DNA of 64,000 nt from Octopus vulgaris (taxonomy: Eukaryota). Position numbers and translations under genes: made by a program. The stretch lies in contig OX597831.1 in the NCBI GenBank assembly GCA_951406725.2, positions 23,994,001 through 24,058,000 on the forward strand, read 5' to 3'. The notes below the pieces were generated by a model that saw only the letters and a program-made list of their open reading frames with translations, did no database searches and was not told where the DNA came from. Below, one piece after another: positions 24,789 through 38,929 of this stretch; position 1 is the first letter of the stretch; every line of letters begins with the position of its first letter.

Positions 24789-25203
24789 GGCATAGGAGTG
24801 GCTGTGTGGTAAGTAGCTTGCTTACCAACCACATGGTTCTGGGTTCAATCCCACTGCGTGGCACCTTGGGCAAGTGTCTTCTACTATAGCCTCGGGCCAA
24901 CCAAAGCCTTGTGGGTGGATTTGGTAGACGGAAACTGAAAGAAACCCATTGTATATATGTATATATATATGTGTGTGTTTGTGTGTATATGTTTGTGTGT
25001 CCGTTTTTGTCCCCCCAACATCGCTTGACAACCGTGCTGGTGTGTTGATGTCCCCGTCAATTAGCTTAGCTGTTTGGCAAGAGAGACCGATAGAATAAGT
25101 ACTAGGCTTACAAATAATAAATCCTGGGGTTGATTTGCTCGACTAAAGGCGGTGCTCCAGCATGGCCACAGTCAAATGACTGAACAAGTAAAAAGTAAAA
25201 GAG
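24789..25203 (+). mobile_element. Family A SINE, full length
   Basis: Complete head, internal microsatellite and 3' tail. Confidence 0.9.
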
Positions 25204-25399
25204 ATCTTAACATTGGACCACACTCATTAATTTTTATTGTTCTCATCTTTTTTTATTGTATCAGCGGTGGTGCCCCAGCATGGCCGCGACCTTCGGGCTA
25301 AAACATATTTAAGGATTTAAGGATTTAAGGATCTATTTTCTTTACTGTTTCAGTTAAGTTCTTCTCAATGGTGGTTGATATACCAAGATGTTTGTTTTT

Positions 25400-25730
25400 T
25401 ATTGTTTGTTATTAAGTGTGAGTGTCAATGATATATTATTGTTATGGCTATTTATAATTTGTTGAATGTTTCTATAAGAACTCCTATGGTTTTTTCAATA
25501 TAATTTTAGGCTTTAGTTCCATGCTTTTTGTATCTATTTTTGATTCATTCCAATGCCTTGGTTGTTTCCTGTCGTAATGGGTTCAGTAGAACTTTCGTTG
25601 TGTTTTGAGGGTTCAATTATTGGGTTTGCTACCATCTCTGTTTTGTTTGTTATAACCTTTGAAGAATTATGCATTTGCCATGTTATGGTTTCTGCTAAAA
25701 ACTGAATTCCATTGGTTTACATTGGGTTTT
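25400..25730 (-). pseudogene. Highly decayed Penelope-like ORF fragment
   Basis: Minus-strand peptides NVNQWNSV, TTKALE*IKN and SSYRNIQQIINSHNNNI resemble PLE motifs NQWKNT, ALEWF and SYSCMPN..SIINSHN. Confidence 0.4.
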
Positions 25731-26129
25731 CTTTTATTGATTTTTTTTGGGGTTTTATTTTCAGAGTTTTATTTAAATTTTTCTATTTTAATTTTGAAGA
25801 TCTCGTTATCATTTATTATAAATCTCCGTTCTTTTACAAATATATTCACTTGTAAATATGTCTGTCTGAGGTCCTTGTTGTGACTTGACAAACAATACGA
25901 ACCCCCCCCCACCGGTAGACACAATATCTTCAATCAACAACCTCACAATATTGTATACTCTGCGACATCTATAATAATAATAATATCCTCCTCCTCCTCC
26001 GACTACTACTACTACTACCACCACCACCACCACCACCACCACTACTACTACTACTTACTATCACCATCATAACCACACCACTACCATCATCACCTTCGTC
26101 GTCATCACTACCATCACCACCACAACCAT

Positions 26130-26360
26130 CATCTTCATCATCATCACTTAACATCCATCTTCCATGCTAGCATGTGTTGGACAGTTTGACTGGAGCTGGT
26201 GCACCGGAGAGCTACACCAGGCTCCACAGTTTGGTTTGGCATAGTTTCTACAGCAGGATGCTCTTCCTAACACCAACTACTTTATAGAGTGTATAGGGTG
26301 AGTTGTTTTTTTTTGTTATATGGCACCAGCATTGGTGCTTTTTACATGGCACCAACACCA
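26130..26360 (-). mobile_element. Diverged family D element
   Basis: ttaacatccatcttccatgctagcatg...ggatgctcttcctaacaccaac. Confidence 0.7.
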
Positions 26361-26549
26361 GAGGGCCATTTTCTTCTCTATAACTGATGCACTGCTTTCA
26401 TATGCTGAGTATAGTGTTGCCATGCAAGCTGCTTATAAAACATAATTGGTAAGCAAGCAACTTACCACACAGCCACTCTTGTGCCTACATATTATTATTT
26501 TTTGAAAATTTTGGATGCTAGATGTGAAAGAAGGATTTTTTTTTTTGTT

Positions 26550-26870
26550 CAGAGTCATTGCTCAAACTCACAATCATGAGGTAGTGAGATCGATTCCCAG
26601 ACCAAGATGTGTGTTGTCTTCTTGGACCAGACACTTTATTTCATGTTGGTCCATTTCAATCAACCGTAGAAATGAGTTGCAATGTCACTTGTGTACCAAA
26701 CTGCACTGGTCTTTAACTTTCTCTTGGATAACATCGGTAGCATGGAGAGGGGATGCTGGTATGCATGGGCGACTGCTGGTCTTCCATAAGCAACCTTGCT
26801 CAGACTTGTGCCTTGGAGGGTAACTTTCTAGGTACAATCTGGTGGTCATTCATGACCAAAGGAGGGTCTT
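26550..26870 (+). mobile_element. Family C SINE variant
   Basis: gagatcgattcc B-box-like, agacactttatttca body; homologous to the minus copy at 28274-28603. Confidence 0.7.
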
Positions 26871-27555
26871 TAAGCCTTTGTCAGGACACTTCTACTAAAG
26901 CTTATTTTTCATTACTTTCATATCACGATCACAATGTTATGAAATACAAAACTCATCATCCATCATGATTCATCTAATATTGCTCTCCTTTATCATCATC
27001 ATCATCATCTTCATCATCATCATCATCAACAGCAGCAGCAGTAGTTGTAGTTATTATGCTATCTGCAGCTTACTTGGAAAGTAAAATTAATCTCTGTATT
27101 CAGCCAGGACATTTGATTTTCAGTGTTATTGACACAAATACTGTTAATAAAAATTTTTTAAAAGTATACATTGTATGTATAAGCTAATGTAATCTTACAT
27201 CCATCTCATAATATGTGTCATTTCTGGCAAATCAGTTTTGGAAATGTATATTAGCGAAACATTTTCTGAATTATATTATATTGCTGGTAATATTTTTTTT
27301 TTTTTTATTTTCATATATAAATAAATATACATATATAAAAATGAATTTTCATTTATGGTAAGATCTGGAATCCATGTAGACTCATAGACAATTCTATGCT
27401 GTTACACCCGCTGCTTTATTTTATATATTTCATTCATCGTGTTTTGCTGATTGGTTCTCTGTATGAGCCACCACACTCACCTCATTCATAAATGTATATG
27501 TGTATATGTATTGGTGTGTGTATGTGTATGTGTGTGTTTGTGAATAACTGTGCAT

Positions 27556-27760
27556 ACTCTCTTTTACTCTTTTATTTGTTTCAGTCATTTGACTGTGACC
27601 ATGCTGGAGCTTTAGTCGAGAACATCGACCCCAGGACTTATTCTTTGTAAGCCTAGTATTTATTCTATCAGTCTCTACTGCTGAACTGCTAAGTTACAGA
27701 CATGTAAACACCCCAGCATCGGTTGTCAAGTGATTTGGGGGAGCAAACACAGACACGCAA

Positions 27761-27842
<82 letters not shown>

Positions 27843-27852
27843 GACGGGCTTA
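27556..27852 (-). mobile_element. Family A SINE, 3' part
   Basis: actcttttactcttttatttgtttcagtcatttgactg...acgacgggctt. Confidence 0.85.
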
Positions 27853-28218
27853 TCCATCCATCCATCATTCCTTTTCCTATCACTTTAATGACACCACACT
27901 CTAGCTCCACTCTAAGCACGTCCTTCGTTAATTTCTTCTCAGGCTGTGACCCTCTCATAGTCCTTCCCCAAACACATTATTTCCAGTTGATATCATCTAT
28001 GGGTGTTCATTGAAAATCATCTGCAAGAATTTCATTAATACAGAAGAACCTGCCAGAATAATGATCACTTGCCCTTTTTCTCTGACTCTTTTAAGTGTAA
28101 AAGTTTAAAAGTTGAACACAGCATTGGGGAAATTGGTGAACCCTATGAACAATCTTGACACCAGCAGTTCAATATCTACAGGATTGGATACGAGAGGAAT
28201 ACACACAGACAGACAGAC

Positions 28219-28249
<31 letters not shown>

Positions 28250-28273
28250 TATACACATATACATACATATGCT

Positions 28274-28603
28274 GAAACCCCCTTCGGTCATGATTGACCA
28301 ATGGATTGCACCTAGAAAGATACCCTCCCAGGCACAAGTCCGGGTAAGTTTGTTTATGGAAGACCAGCAGTCACCCATGCATACCAGCTTCTCTTCTTCA
28401 CACCACTGATGTTATCCAAGGGAAAGGCAAAGGGGGCGATACAGCTTGGCATCTGTGATGTCACAGCTCATTTCTACAGCTGCGTGAACTGGAGCAACGT
28501 GAAATAAAGTGTCTTGCTCAAGAACACGACACGCAACCCAATCCGGGATTCAAACTCACCTCACAATCATAAGCTCGACGATCTAACCACGGATTCATGC
28601 ACT
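28274..28603 (-). mobile_element. Family C SINE variant
   Basis: Minus strand reads gtggttagatcg..gagtttgaatccc..gtgttcttgagcaagacactttatttcacgttgctccagttcac. Confidence 0.75.
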
Positions 28604-28608
28604 TTCAC

Positions 28609-28639
<31 letters not shown>

Positions 28640-29642
28640 CACACACATACACACACACATATATATACACACACACGGGCGAGCATGCAGTAAAATAATA
28701 CAAAGTGCTGAAAATAAATGTGTCCAAGAAGAAAAAAGATGAGGGGGAGAGGAAGTGGAGGAAGGGGAAGGTGAGGAAGAGGAAGGTGAGGAAGATGGGG
28801 AGATGAGGAAGAGGAAGAGGAATAATATGGTGAGGGAGAGGAGGATGGGGAAGAAGAAGATGAAGAAGAGGAAGAGGAAGTAGAAAAAGATGAGAGAGAT
28901 GCGGGGGTGATGATAAAGACGAGGGGGGTGTTGAACAGGAGAAGGAGCATGAAGACAAAGAGGAAGAATTGGAGGTAAGAAGGGGAGGAGGAGACAGTGG
29001 TGGTGATGATGGTGATGCTGGTTCTTAAGCTAGTCCACCCACCTACATTAGAATGAAATAAAATTTCACTTTGCTGTTCTACCAACATTGTGAGTAGCAA
29101 AGAAAGAACCACCTTCTCTTCATCCTCCCAACTTCCAAAAAAAAAAAACAAAAGGAAAAAAAAATATTTCATCTCAGAAAGCAGGATAAAAAGTGAAAAT
29201 AAATAAACAAATGATGCAGACAAAAGTATGTTGTTACTACTTCAAAATGTTGTATAATTAACTTGCTAAATTATATATTTTTTATATCCATATATTTTGT
29301 TTCTAATCATCAAAAATCAGAAAGAATTTTTATAATTAATTCTGTATTTTATTATTCTTAATATTATATTTTAATGATTATTAATACTACTATTAGCAAA
29401 AACAATACGTCATTTATAAAAGATTTTTAAAATTATAGCTATTATTATTATCTTTCTATATTTTCTAAACAAACGTCATTTATAAAAGATTTTTAAAATT
29501 ATAGCTATTATTATTTATCTTTCCCTCCATTATTTTTCTTAGTTCAAGCAAAGGTCAGACTGTTAATAGAATGATAAAGAGGTTAATTTATGGTATGTAA
29601 GCTTAGCAGTCACCGTTTAGAATTGATGTAAGTGTGCATAGA

Positions 29643-29644
<2 letters not shown>

Positions 29645-29678
<34 letters not shown>

Positions 29679-29732
29679 ATAGATATAGATATATAGATAT
29701 ATATATGTATAGATATATATTATATATATATG

Positions 29733-29763
<31 letters not shown>

Positions 29764-29974
29764 GTATATATATATGTATATATATATATGTATAGTTTAT
29801 TGTATATATATATATATGTATATATATTATATATAGATATATATATATATGATATATGTATATATATGTATATATTATATATATATGTATATATGTATAT
29901 ATATATATATGTATATGTGTGTATATATGTATATGTGTTATATATATATATATATGTATATATGTATATATATG

Positions 29975-30030
<56 letters not shown>
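29645..30030. repeat. (TA)n/(TG)n compound microsatellite
   Basis: Visible directly. Confidence 0.95.
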
Positions 30031-30032
<2 letters not shown>

Positions 30033-30599
30033 CAATGTTGTGTGTCAAGTTTTTTGTGAGAAAGGGTTTTGTTAGTTTTCCTCTTTCTGTCATTACACAC
30101 CAATGCCACATTCTAAAGAGTTGCAGTTTTATCAAAAATATCTTAATCAAAAACAATAGATTTGGAGATTTCTAATATCAGCTATTAAATTTCTGATTAT
30201 AGATATGGGTGGTTAATGAGAAATTAATATATATGGACAATCCCACACTCCCAATAAAAGTTAAGAAAAGAATAATCTGGCTTAATTCTCCATTTAATCT
30301 ACACTTCTCAGACATATGTGGGAATTTTCCGTCCTTAATTACGTAACACTAACAAAACACACACATCCACTATATTCTTTCAATACACACAATGTGAATG
30401 TCAGTTACCCTGACCTAGACAATAATGCCAAAAATATCATATACTACAACAGAAGAAAATGTACACCTACACCCCATACATCCATTTGTTACTGCCAGAA
30501 TCAAACTACATTTCAAATGAAACTTTGAGAGCATCGTTGCTTCAGGAAAGCAATGTTCAATAGGACATCTCTAACCCTGATGGTATACTCAAGTACTAC

Positions 30600-30836
30600 G
30601 GTGAAGGTGGTGAGCTGGCACAAACGTTAGCATGCTGGGTGAAATGCTTAGCCGTACTTTGTCTTCCGTTACGTTCTGAGTTCAAATTCCGCCGAGGTCG
30701 ACTTTGCCTTTCATACTTTTGGGGTCGATTAAATAAGTACCAGTTACGCACTGGGGTCGATATAATCGACTTAATCCGTTTGTCTGTCCTTGTTTGTCCT
30801 CTCTGTATTTAGCCCCTTGTGGGTAGTAAAGAAATA
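30600..30836 (+). mobile_element. Family B SINE monomer with 18-bp target-site duplication
   Basis: Flanked by ggtatactcaagtactac (30582-30599) and ggtgtactcaagtactac (30837-30854). Confidence 0.9.
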
Positions 30837-31239
30837 GGTGTACTCAAGTACTACATAGCACTTACTACTACAATAACTTGAAAGGAAATTAACTGAACTC
30901 ATGTACTCCTTTGTTTCTAAGGACTAGGAAGAGATATTTTCCCTGTCCCATTTTACCAAGACTCCAAGGCCTGGAAATTGTACTAACCAGTTTAATATGG
31001 AACCATCCCTTTTGGGCCAGTCACAGCTTTTCATTGATGTCTCTGTGAGAAACTCTCCATATGAAAACAGTCAGTTAAATCCTTTAACCCTTTTGTTACC
31101 ATATTTCTCTTGAAATATGCTATCACTGTTTCAATCACTTTTGAAAATAATGAAGAATTTGGTAAAACAACTTTGATGTTATTAAGCACCTATACACACA
31201 CACACATATATTTGTATATGTATGTATGTATGTATGTAT

Positions 31240-32010
31240 TGGTGTAGCTGTTTGGTAAGAAGCTTGCTTACCAACCACATGGTCCTGGTTTCAGTCCCAC
31301 TCTGTGGCACTTTGGGAAAGTGCCTTCTACTATAGCCTTAGGCTGACCAAATCCTTGCGAGTGGATTTGGTGGATGGAAACTAAAAGAAGCCCATCGTAT
31401 ATATTTATTTGTGTATTTTGTATCTGTGTCTCTCCCCCACCCCCACCATTGCTTGATAACTGATGTTGGTCTGTTTACGTCCTCATAACCTAGTGGGTCA
31501 GCATAAGAGACTAATAAAATAAGCAGCAGGCTTATAAAGAATAGGCCCAGGGGTCGATTTCTTCAACTAAATAGAGAGGGATCCAGCATAGCCACAGTCA
31601 AATGACTTAAACAAGTAAAAAATAAAAGAATATATATATAGGTGCAGGAGTGGCTCTGTGGTAAGTAGCTTGCTTACCAACCACATGGTTCTGGGTTCAG
31701 TCCCCCTGCATGGCACCTTGGGCATGTGCCTTCTACTCTAGCCTCGGCCCGACCAAAGCCTTGTGAGTGGATTTGGTAGACAGAAACTGAAAGAAGCCTG
31801 TTGTACATATATATATATATGTATGTGTGTGTATATGTTTGTGTGTCTGTGTTTGTTCCTCCCCTTCAACATCGCTTGACAACCGATGTTGGTGTGTTTA
31901 TGTCCCCATAACTTAGCCGTTCAGCAAAAGAGACTGATAGAATAAGTACTAGGCTTACAAAGAATAAGTCCTGGGGTCGATTTACTCCAGCAAGTAAAAG
32001 AGTAATAGAG
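31240..32010 (+). mobile_element. Two tandem family A SINEs
   Basis: Heads at about 31240 and 31641, each followed by body and tail. Confidence 0.85.
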
Positions 32011-32020
32011 AGTATATATA

Positions 32021-32417
32021 TCTTTATATATAAAAGAGAAGTTGTGTGTCTGTCTCCTACGATTTAGATTCCTAACTACTCCCACATTTTGCGGTGCAGT
32101 TTAACCAAAACCGGGTATCTTATAGTCGTGATTCATATCGAGCCCTTCTGGGTATTACCGCGCGTCTATGATGAGACTATGCTTTTAAAAAAAATTTACC
32201 ATAATTTTTTTCCATTTTAATGCATTTTTCGCTATTATATAAGGGAAGTAGCTCTCTAAAAATGTCTACGATGAGTCAACGATTTAAAAAAAAATTTACC
32301 ATCATTTCTTTTCCATTTTTAATGCATTTTTTTGCTATTCTTTGGCTATAACTCTCTAAAAATGCTTATATAGTTATTTCCCTTACAAACCCGAGCAACG
32401 CCAGGCGATACTGCTAG
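32021..32417 (+). mobile_element. Non-autonomous Helitron
   Basis: a|TCtttatatataaaa 5' end, 3' GC hairpin cccgagcaacgccaggcg then CTAG|t, inserted between A and T with no TSD. Second copy at 56213-56556. Confidence 0.85.
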
Positions 32418-33536
32418 TATGTATATAGATATACACACACATACATGCACAGATACATAAGAGACAGAGAGAGTATGATAAATACATTGTCCCTTTAAAT
32501 TAGCATATATTTATATCTCACATAATCCATGTCAATTTGTTTGTATTACGACGGCGTGTGTTGTCATTATCCTCCTTTTTGTTATTATTTATCGAAGTCT
32601 TTCATCATTCATTTATGATCTGGTCACTTCTGATCCATTCCCTATTGAAATGTTTTATTGATTTTATCGACATCTTGTTTATATATATATTTTTTTTTGT
32701 TTGATTTCAAGCTTGGATTATAAGTGTCTCTTTCAAACTATCTTGTAATACAACTAATAATGATGATGAGAACAAAGAAGAAGAAGATGATGATGATGAT
32801 GATGGTGATGGTGGTGGCAATGACGACAACGATAATAATAAAGTTTTATTAATATCTAATTTCAAAGTAAAAATTCAGACTGAAATAGAAACTTAAGTCT
32901 TGAATGAAAAATTCTGGCCCATTATTTTAATGGCTAATGGAGTTGCTTTATCCCAGTAAGCGTACAGGAACATAAGACAGTGACTGAGGTATATCTTTTG
33001 ACTACGATACTTGTAGATCAAGTTTAGTCTCGATCAAATCAATATCTTTTGTTTGGTAAACAACCGCTATTATATAAGGCTAAGTATAGATTGAGCTGAA
33101 AAGAGTTAACTATATTGGTCAATAAGATGAAAGACTGCCGATATATTGTCAGCGAGGTGATGATAGCTATAAAGTCAACACTTCTATGGTTTTAAGCCCT
33201 AAATGTAGTTAAATGGATCAAAGTTAATCAATAATGCAATGTTCTATTTAGCTCAGTACTCTAGCAGCTGGATCGTTAAATCACACTCTTTGCCCTGAGG
33301 TTTTTGTAATTCATCATTATAGAATGAGGTCCAAGGATCTTGTCTGGACTTACCTCTCTCTCTCTTTTCCCTATTCATCAACCATGTCCTTTTTACTGCA
33401 CTTACATTATAAAGGAGTGTGTCTAGTTTTCTAGGGTCACTCTTTATTTTGACCGTTTGTTGCATTTGCGGGATAAGAATCAAATTTTCTTCAGAAGGGA
33501 CACCCATATTAAAGGGTAAATATATATGTATATATA

Positions 33537-33931
33537 TATGTGTGTGTGTGTGTGTGTATGTTTGTGTTTGTCCCCCTACCATCGCTTGACAACCGATGCT
33601 GGTGTGTTTATGTCCCCGTCATTTAGCGGTTCAGCAAAACAGACCGATAGAATAAGTACTAGGCTTACAAAGAATAAGCTCTGGGGTTGATGTTGGGGGA
33701 ACAAACACAGACACACAAACATATACATATACACACACACACACACACACATTTACATATACATATATATGACAGGCTTCTTCCAGTTCCCATCTACTAA
33801 ATCCACTCACAAGGCTTTGGTTCGCCCGAAGCTATAATAGAAGACACTTGCCCAAGATGCCACGCAGTGGGACTGAACCTGGAATCATGTGGTTGGTAAG
33901 CAAGCTACTTACCACACAGCCACTCCTGCAC
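33537..33931. mobile_element. Family A fragments fused in inverted orientation (+ 3' part, then - 5' part)
   Basis: + body 33537-33690 joins directly to gatgttgggggaacaaacacagac... and ends with the reverse-complement head accacacagccactcctgcacc. Confidence 0.8.
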
Positions 33932-34142
33932 CTCACATATATAATTTCAGTGACTTACTTTAACACCCACATTTTCATTACACAAGGGAAGAAAGCAAAA
34001 CTTTATGCTGTTGACCGAATGATTTTAATACAAACTTGGAACATTATCAGATGAAGACTAACTGCTGCCCTTTATTTAGCTAGTGTTCTTCCCACCTCGT
34101 TACTGTGACTGAATGAATCTGAAGTAATTGCTTACCAAAAAT

Positions 34143-34568
34143 GCGTAGGAGTGGCTGTGTGGTAAGTAGCTTGCTTACCAACCACATGGCTCTGGGTTCA
34201 GTCCCACTGCTTGGCACCTTGGGCCAGTGTCTTCTACTATAGCCTCGGGCCGGCCAAAGCCTTGTGAGTGGATTTGGTAGACGGAAACTTAAAGAAGCCC
34301 ATCGTATGTATGTATATGTATATATATATATATGTATATGTCTGAGTGTGTATATGTTTGTGTGTCTGTGTTTGTCCCCCCATCATTGCTTGACAACCAA
34401 TGTTGGTGTGTTTACGTCCCCGTAACTTAGCGGTTTGGTGAAGGAGAGCAATAGAATAAGTACTAGGTTTACAAAGAATAATTCCTGGGGTCAATTTGCT
34501 CAACTAAAAGACGGTGCTCCAGCACGGCCACAGTCAAAAGACTGAAACAAGTGAAAGAGTAAAAGTGA
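34143..34568 (+). mobile_element. Family A SINE, full length
   Basis: gcgtaggagtggctgtgtggtaag...gactgaaacaagtgaaagagtaaaag. Confidence 0.9.
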
Positions 34569-34599
34569 GTAACAGACAGGGAGAGACAGTGATTTATTC

Positions 34600-34900
34600 A
34601 TTATCAGATTCCAGCCGATACCAACTCTCCAAACAACAGTCTGAGAATATCTTTCTGTCAGTCAATCAATCAGTAAAGGAATTATTAAGCGCAAACTATA
34701 AGTTTGGTTTTAATTTTGCCTCTTGTCATTGTAAATCTAGGAAAGCAAATATCTAGAATGTTCCCCTATGATTGTCTCCGGGATATTCACATATCCCAGA
34801 AATTGACATTTGCTTGAAAACTCTATAAAAATTTTCTCTGGTAATAAACTTCGAAGTTTGGCACAAAGTTGCATGATAAGTCGTCGATATTACTACATTT
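34600..34900 (-). pseudogene. Decayed Penelope-like RT core fragment
   Basis: Minus strand gives SNIDDLS (YIDD-like) at about 34875-34895, followed by AFLDLQ and GKIKTKL, matching the PLE order YIDD...FLDL...KT.LY.K. Multiple stops. Confidence 0.45.
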
Positions 34901-35262
34901 CACTGTAAATCTCAAGGGAAAACAACTTTAGATGTACTTCTGATTGATGGCATTTCATTATCACATGAGAAAAAGATTCTGTTATAATACCATATCTATA
35001 AATAATAATTCCTTATACAGGAATAACGGACAGCCAGTTTGCAAGCAATAGTTAACTCTATTTAATCACCAATACTTATTTTTATCAACTCGAGGGGTTT
35101 AAAAGCTAATGTCGACTGAAGCAGGATTTTAACTTAGAATATAATTGGATAAAACTAAATACTATTTGGTATTTAGTCAGATACTCTATTGATTCTGTTG
35201 TGGTACTATATTGTGAGGCAAATAATAATAATGGTTTCTGATTTTGGCACAAAGCTAGTCAT

Positions 35263-35434
35263 AGGCACAAGAGTGGCTGTGTGGTAAGTAGCTTGCTTAC
35301 CAACCACATGGTTTCGGGTTCAGTCCCACTGCGTGGCATCTTGGGCAAGTGTCTTCTACTATAGCCTCGGACCGACCAAAGCCTTGTGAGTGGATTTGGT
35401 AGACGGAAACTGAAAGAAGCCTGTCGTATATATT

Positions 35435-35466
<32 letters not shown>

Positions 35467-35685
35467 CGTGTATGTTTGTGTATCTGTGTTTGTCCCCCTA
35501 GCATTGCTTGACAACCGATGCTGGTGTGTTTATGTCCCCGTCACTTAGCGGTTCGGCAAAAGAGACCGATAGAATAAGTACTGGGCTTACAAAAGAATAA
35601 GTCCCGGGGTCGAGTTGCTCGATTAAAGGCGGTGCTCCAGCATGGCCGCAGTGAAATGACAGAAACAAGTAAAAGAGTAAAAGAG
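35263..35685 (+). mobile_element. Family A SINE, full length, close to consensus
   Basis: Complete head, body and tail with many CpGs retained. Confidence 0.92.
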
Positions 35686-36317
35686 TATATATATCGGGGA
35701 GAAATGATTGATACCATCAACCATGGTACATGCAAAGTTGGCCTTAGCAGAATTTGACTTCAGAAGGCATACAGGAAGGCATTTCAACAGACACTCTTAC
35801 AATTTGGTCCATCCCCAACTATTTTCATCCTCCTCCTCCTCATCATCATCATAATAATAATAATAATAATAATAATAATCCTTTCCACTATAGGCACAAG
35901 GCCTAGATTTTGTGGGGAGTGGAGTAGTTGATCATATCTACCCCAGTGTTCATTTGCTTCAGACAGAGGAAAAATGCCTTTCCTCCTGGACAAAAGTAGG
36001 CGGTGAAGTGATCTTCATGATAGACTCAGCTGATAACCAGATCCATCTTACATACGTCAACAGCTGTTTGACAAAACTCCACTGGTCAGTAATGCCCAGA
36101 CATTGGATGAGTGCATGATTCCTCACATAAACACAAGACTACAAATGTACAACAGGAGCAAATATCAGTTACACTGATTACAGTTCTCACTTATATTTTG
36201 TCTGATACAATGGGCTTTTTTCAGTTTCTGTTTACCAAATCCACTCATTGGGATTTGCATAAATAAATAATTATTATTTATTAACAATTGCAGCATGGAA
36301 GATGTTTATAAGCCATT

Positions 36318-36783
36318 TAAGTGCCAGTGGCACATAACATAAAAGGCACCATTCGAGTGTGATTGTTACCAGCGCTGGCTTACTGGCACTTGTGCCCGTG
36401 CTAGTAGGGTGCCAAGAGCACCATCCGAGCGTGATCATTGCCAGAGTGGCTAACTGGCTTCTGTGCCGATGGCTCATAAAAGGGCACCATTTGTGCGTGT
36501 TCGTTACCAGCATCGCCTTACTGACACCTGTGCCGGTGGCATGTGTAAAGAGATTCGAGCGAGGTCATTGCCAGTACTGCCTGACTGGCCCCCATGCCAG
36601 TGGCACGTAAAAAGCGTCCACTACACTCTCGGAGTGGTTGGCCTTAGGAAGGGCATCCAGCTGTAGAAACTCTGCCAGGTCAAGGTTGGAGCCTGGTGCA
36701 ACCATCTGGTTCACCAGCCCTCAGGCAAAATCGTCCAACCCATGCTAGCATGGAAAGTGGACGTTAAACGATGATGATGATGA
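36318..36783 (+). mobile_element. Family D element with diverged internal sub-repeats
   Basis: Ends ggaagggcatccagctgtagaaac...ggacgttaaacgatgatgatga. Confidence 0.85.
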
Positions 36784-37209
36784 CAAAAAACTTTTAGATT
36801 GATTCGAACTTTTAAATTTAGTTTGTGTCGAAATATTTTCGTTTCTTTGAAACTGCGAACTGTCCACTGACAAAACTTTGTGATGCAGCATGTAGTTTTT
36901 GTCAGTGAACAGGTCACGGTTTGAATTGTTTTTGTTTCAGCACATAATCTGAGATCAAGTCACTTGCTATGCAAGTACATCTCTGTAATATTATTCATTA
37001 ATAATAATGAAAATGTATAATGTTAAATCACATTGGCACAAAGCCACAATTAGTTGTTTTAAAATTTTTGTCTGCCATTCTGCCAATTCTGCCTAACTTT
37101 TAATTAGGATAATAATAGTAATTAATAATTATTAATATCATTATCATTAAAACATATGCATATAATATTACGTTGTATTTTGTTTATGTTTGTCTTTGTA
37201 TTTTATATC

Positions 37210-37530
37210 AGGCTTGGCAGCGTGGTAAGAAGATTGCTGCCCAATCACATGGTTGGTGGTTCAGTTCTCCTGCATTGCACTTTGGTCTTTTTTGCCAAAC
37301 TCCTAAGTTACAGGAATGCAAGCACATTAACTCCAGTTGTAAAACGGTGCTGGGGTACACACATAGACACAATCACACACAAGCACACACATATTATAAT
37401 TGGCTTTTTTCAGTTTCTGTCTACCAAGTCCACTCATTGGGCTTTGGTCAGGCTGAAGCCATCGTAGAAGATATTTGCCTAACATGCCACACAGTGGGAC
37501 TGAACCAGGAACCATGTGGTTGGGAAGCCA
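37210..37530. mobile_element. Family A fragments in inverted arrangement
   Basis: + head 37210-37285, then minus body/head 37285-37530. Confidence 0.65.
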
Positions 37531-37933
37531 TGTCTGTATCTACATACGTAACTTGTTGCAGTGCAAGAGCACTAGGTTTTCAGTTTTGTCCCCAATGTTT
37601 ACATCCTTTGCCTATATGTACCAGCAAAAGATATATACACACATATACATCCCCCAAATTTCTACTTCTTTCTAGATATTTTGATGTTAAATATTTATAC
37701 TGACCTAGTGACATTATCGACAATGATAACAGTAAGGCTGCACAAGGTTAGAAATAATAATATATATATGTACACACATACATACAAACACATATATTTA
37801 TGTATATATACATACATACACACACATATATATATGGATTTTTATATATGTATGTATTTATGAATGTATATATAAAAAATTATAATTATAAATATATATA
37901 TAAATTATAAATATTACTGCTTTGTTGTGCTGC

Positions 37934-37986
<53 letters not shown>

Positions 37987-38054
37987 GTAAATTTAGGGTG
38001 AATACTTGATAAGTGTAAGCACCTGTATACGCCAGCTAGTGGCAGAGGTGAGAG

Positions 38055-38093
<39 letters not shown>

Positions 38094-38094
<1 letters not shown>

Positions 38095-38311
38095 ACTCAT
38101 TTTACTCTTTTATTTGTTTCAATCATTTGACTGTGGCCATGTTGAAGCACCACCTTTAGTCGTGTAAATCAACCTCAGGACTTATTCTTTGTAAGCCTAG
38201 TACTTATTCTATTGGTCGCTTTTGCCAAACCACTAAGTTATGGGGACATAAGCACAACATCATCGATTGTCAAACAATAGTGGGGGTACAAACACAGACA
38301 CACAAACACAT

Positions 38312-38350
<39 letters not shown>

Positions 38351-38490
38351 ACAAGCTTCTTTCAGTTTCTGTCTACCAAATCTACTCACAAGGCAATAGT
38401 AGAAGACACATGCCCAAGGTGCCACATAGCGGGACTGAACCCTTAACCATGTGGTTGGTAGGCAAGCTATTTACCACACAGCTACTCTTA
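38094..38490 (-). mobile_element. Family A SINE
   Basis: Reverse-complement tail through head, with a small internal deletion. Confidence 0.85.
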
Positions 38491-38738
38491 TGTATATATA
38501 TATATATCCTGATGTATCTCTAAAACGTATATAATATAATAGTAACCAATGAGAAAGGCATAAATTGCAGTTCATAATTCAGATATCTTGACAAGTTTAT
38601 TGCAGATTTATTATATGTCGATGAAGGTCAAATTATACTGGTACAAGCCAGATATATATCATGCCTGAAAAATAAGCATAGGTTTATACATACTATGTAT
38701 CTATGTATGTATTTGTCTGTTAAATATGAGCTATATAA

Positions 38739-38788
<50 letters not shown>

Positions 38789-38789
38789 A

Positions 38790-38929
<140 letters not shown>

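Noticed and set aside
29407-29515. Short direct duplication (also the 23-bp duplication at about 6826-6872)
   Set aside because: Ordinary local tandem duplications with no functional signal.
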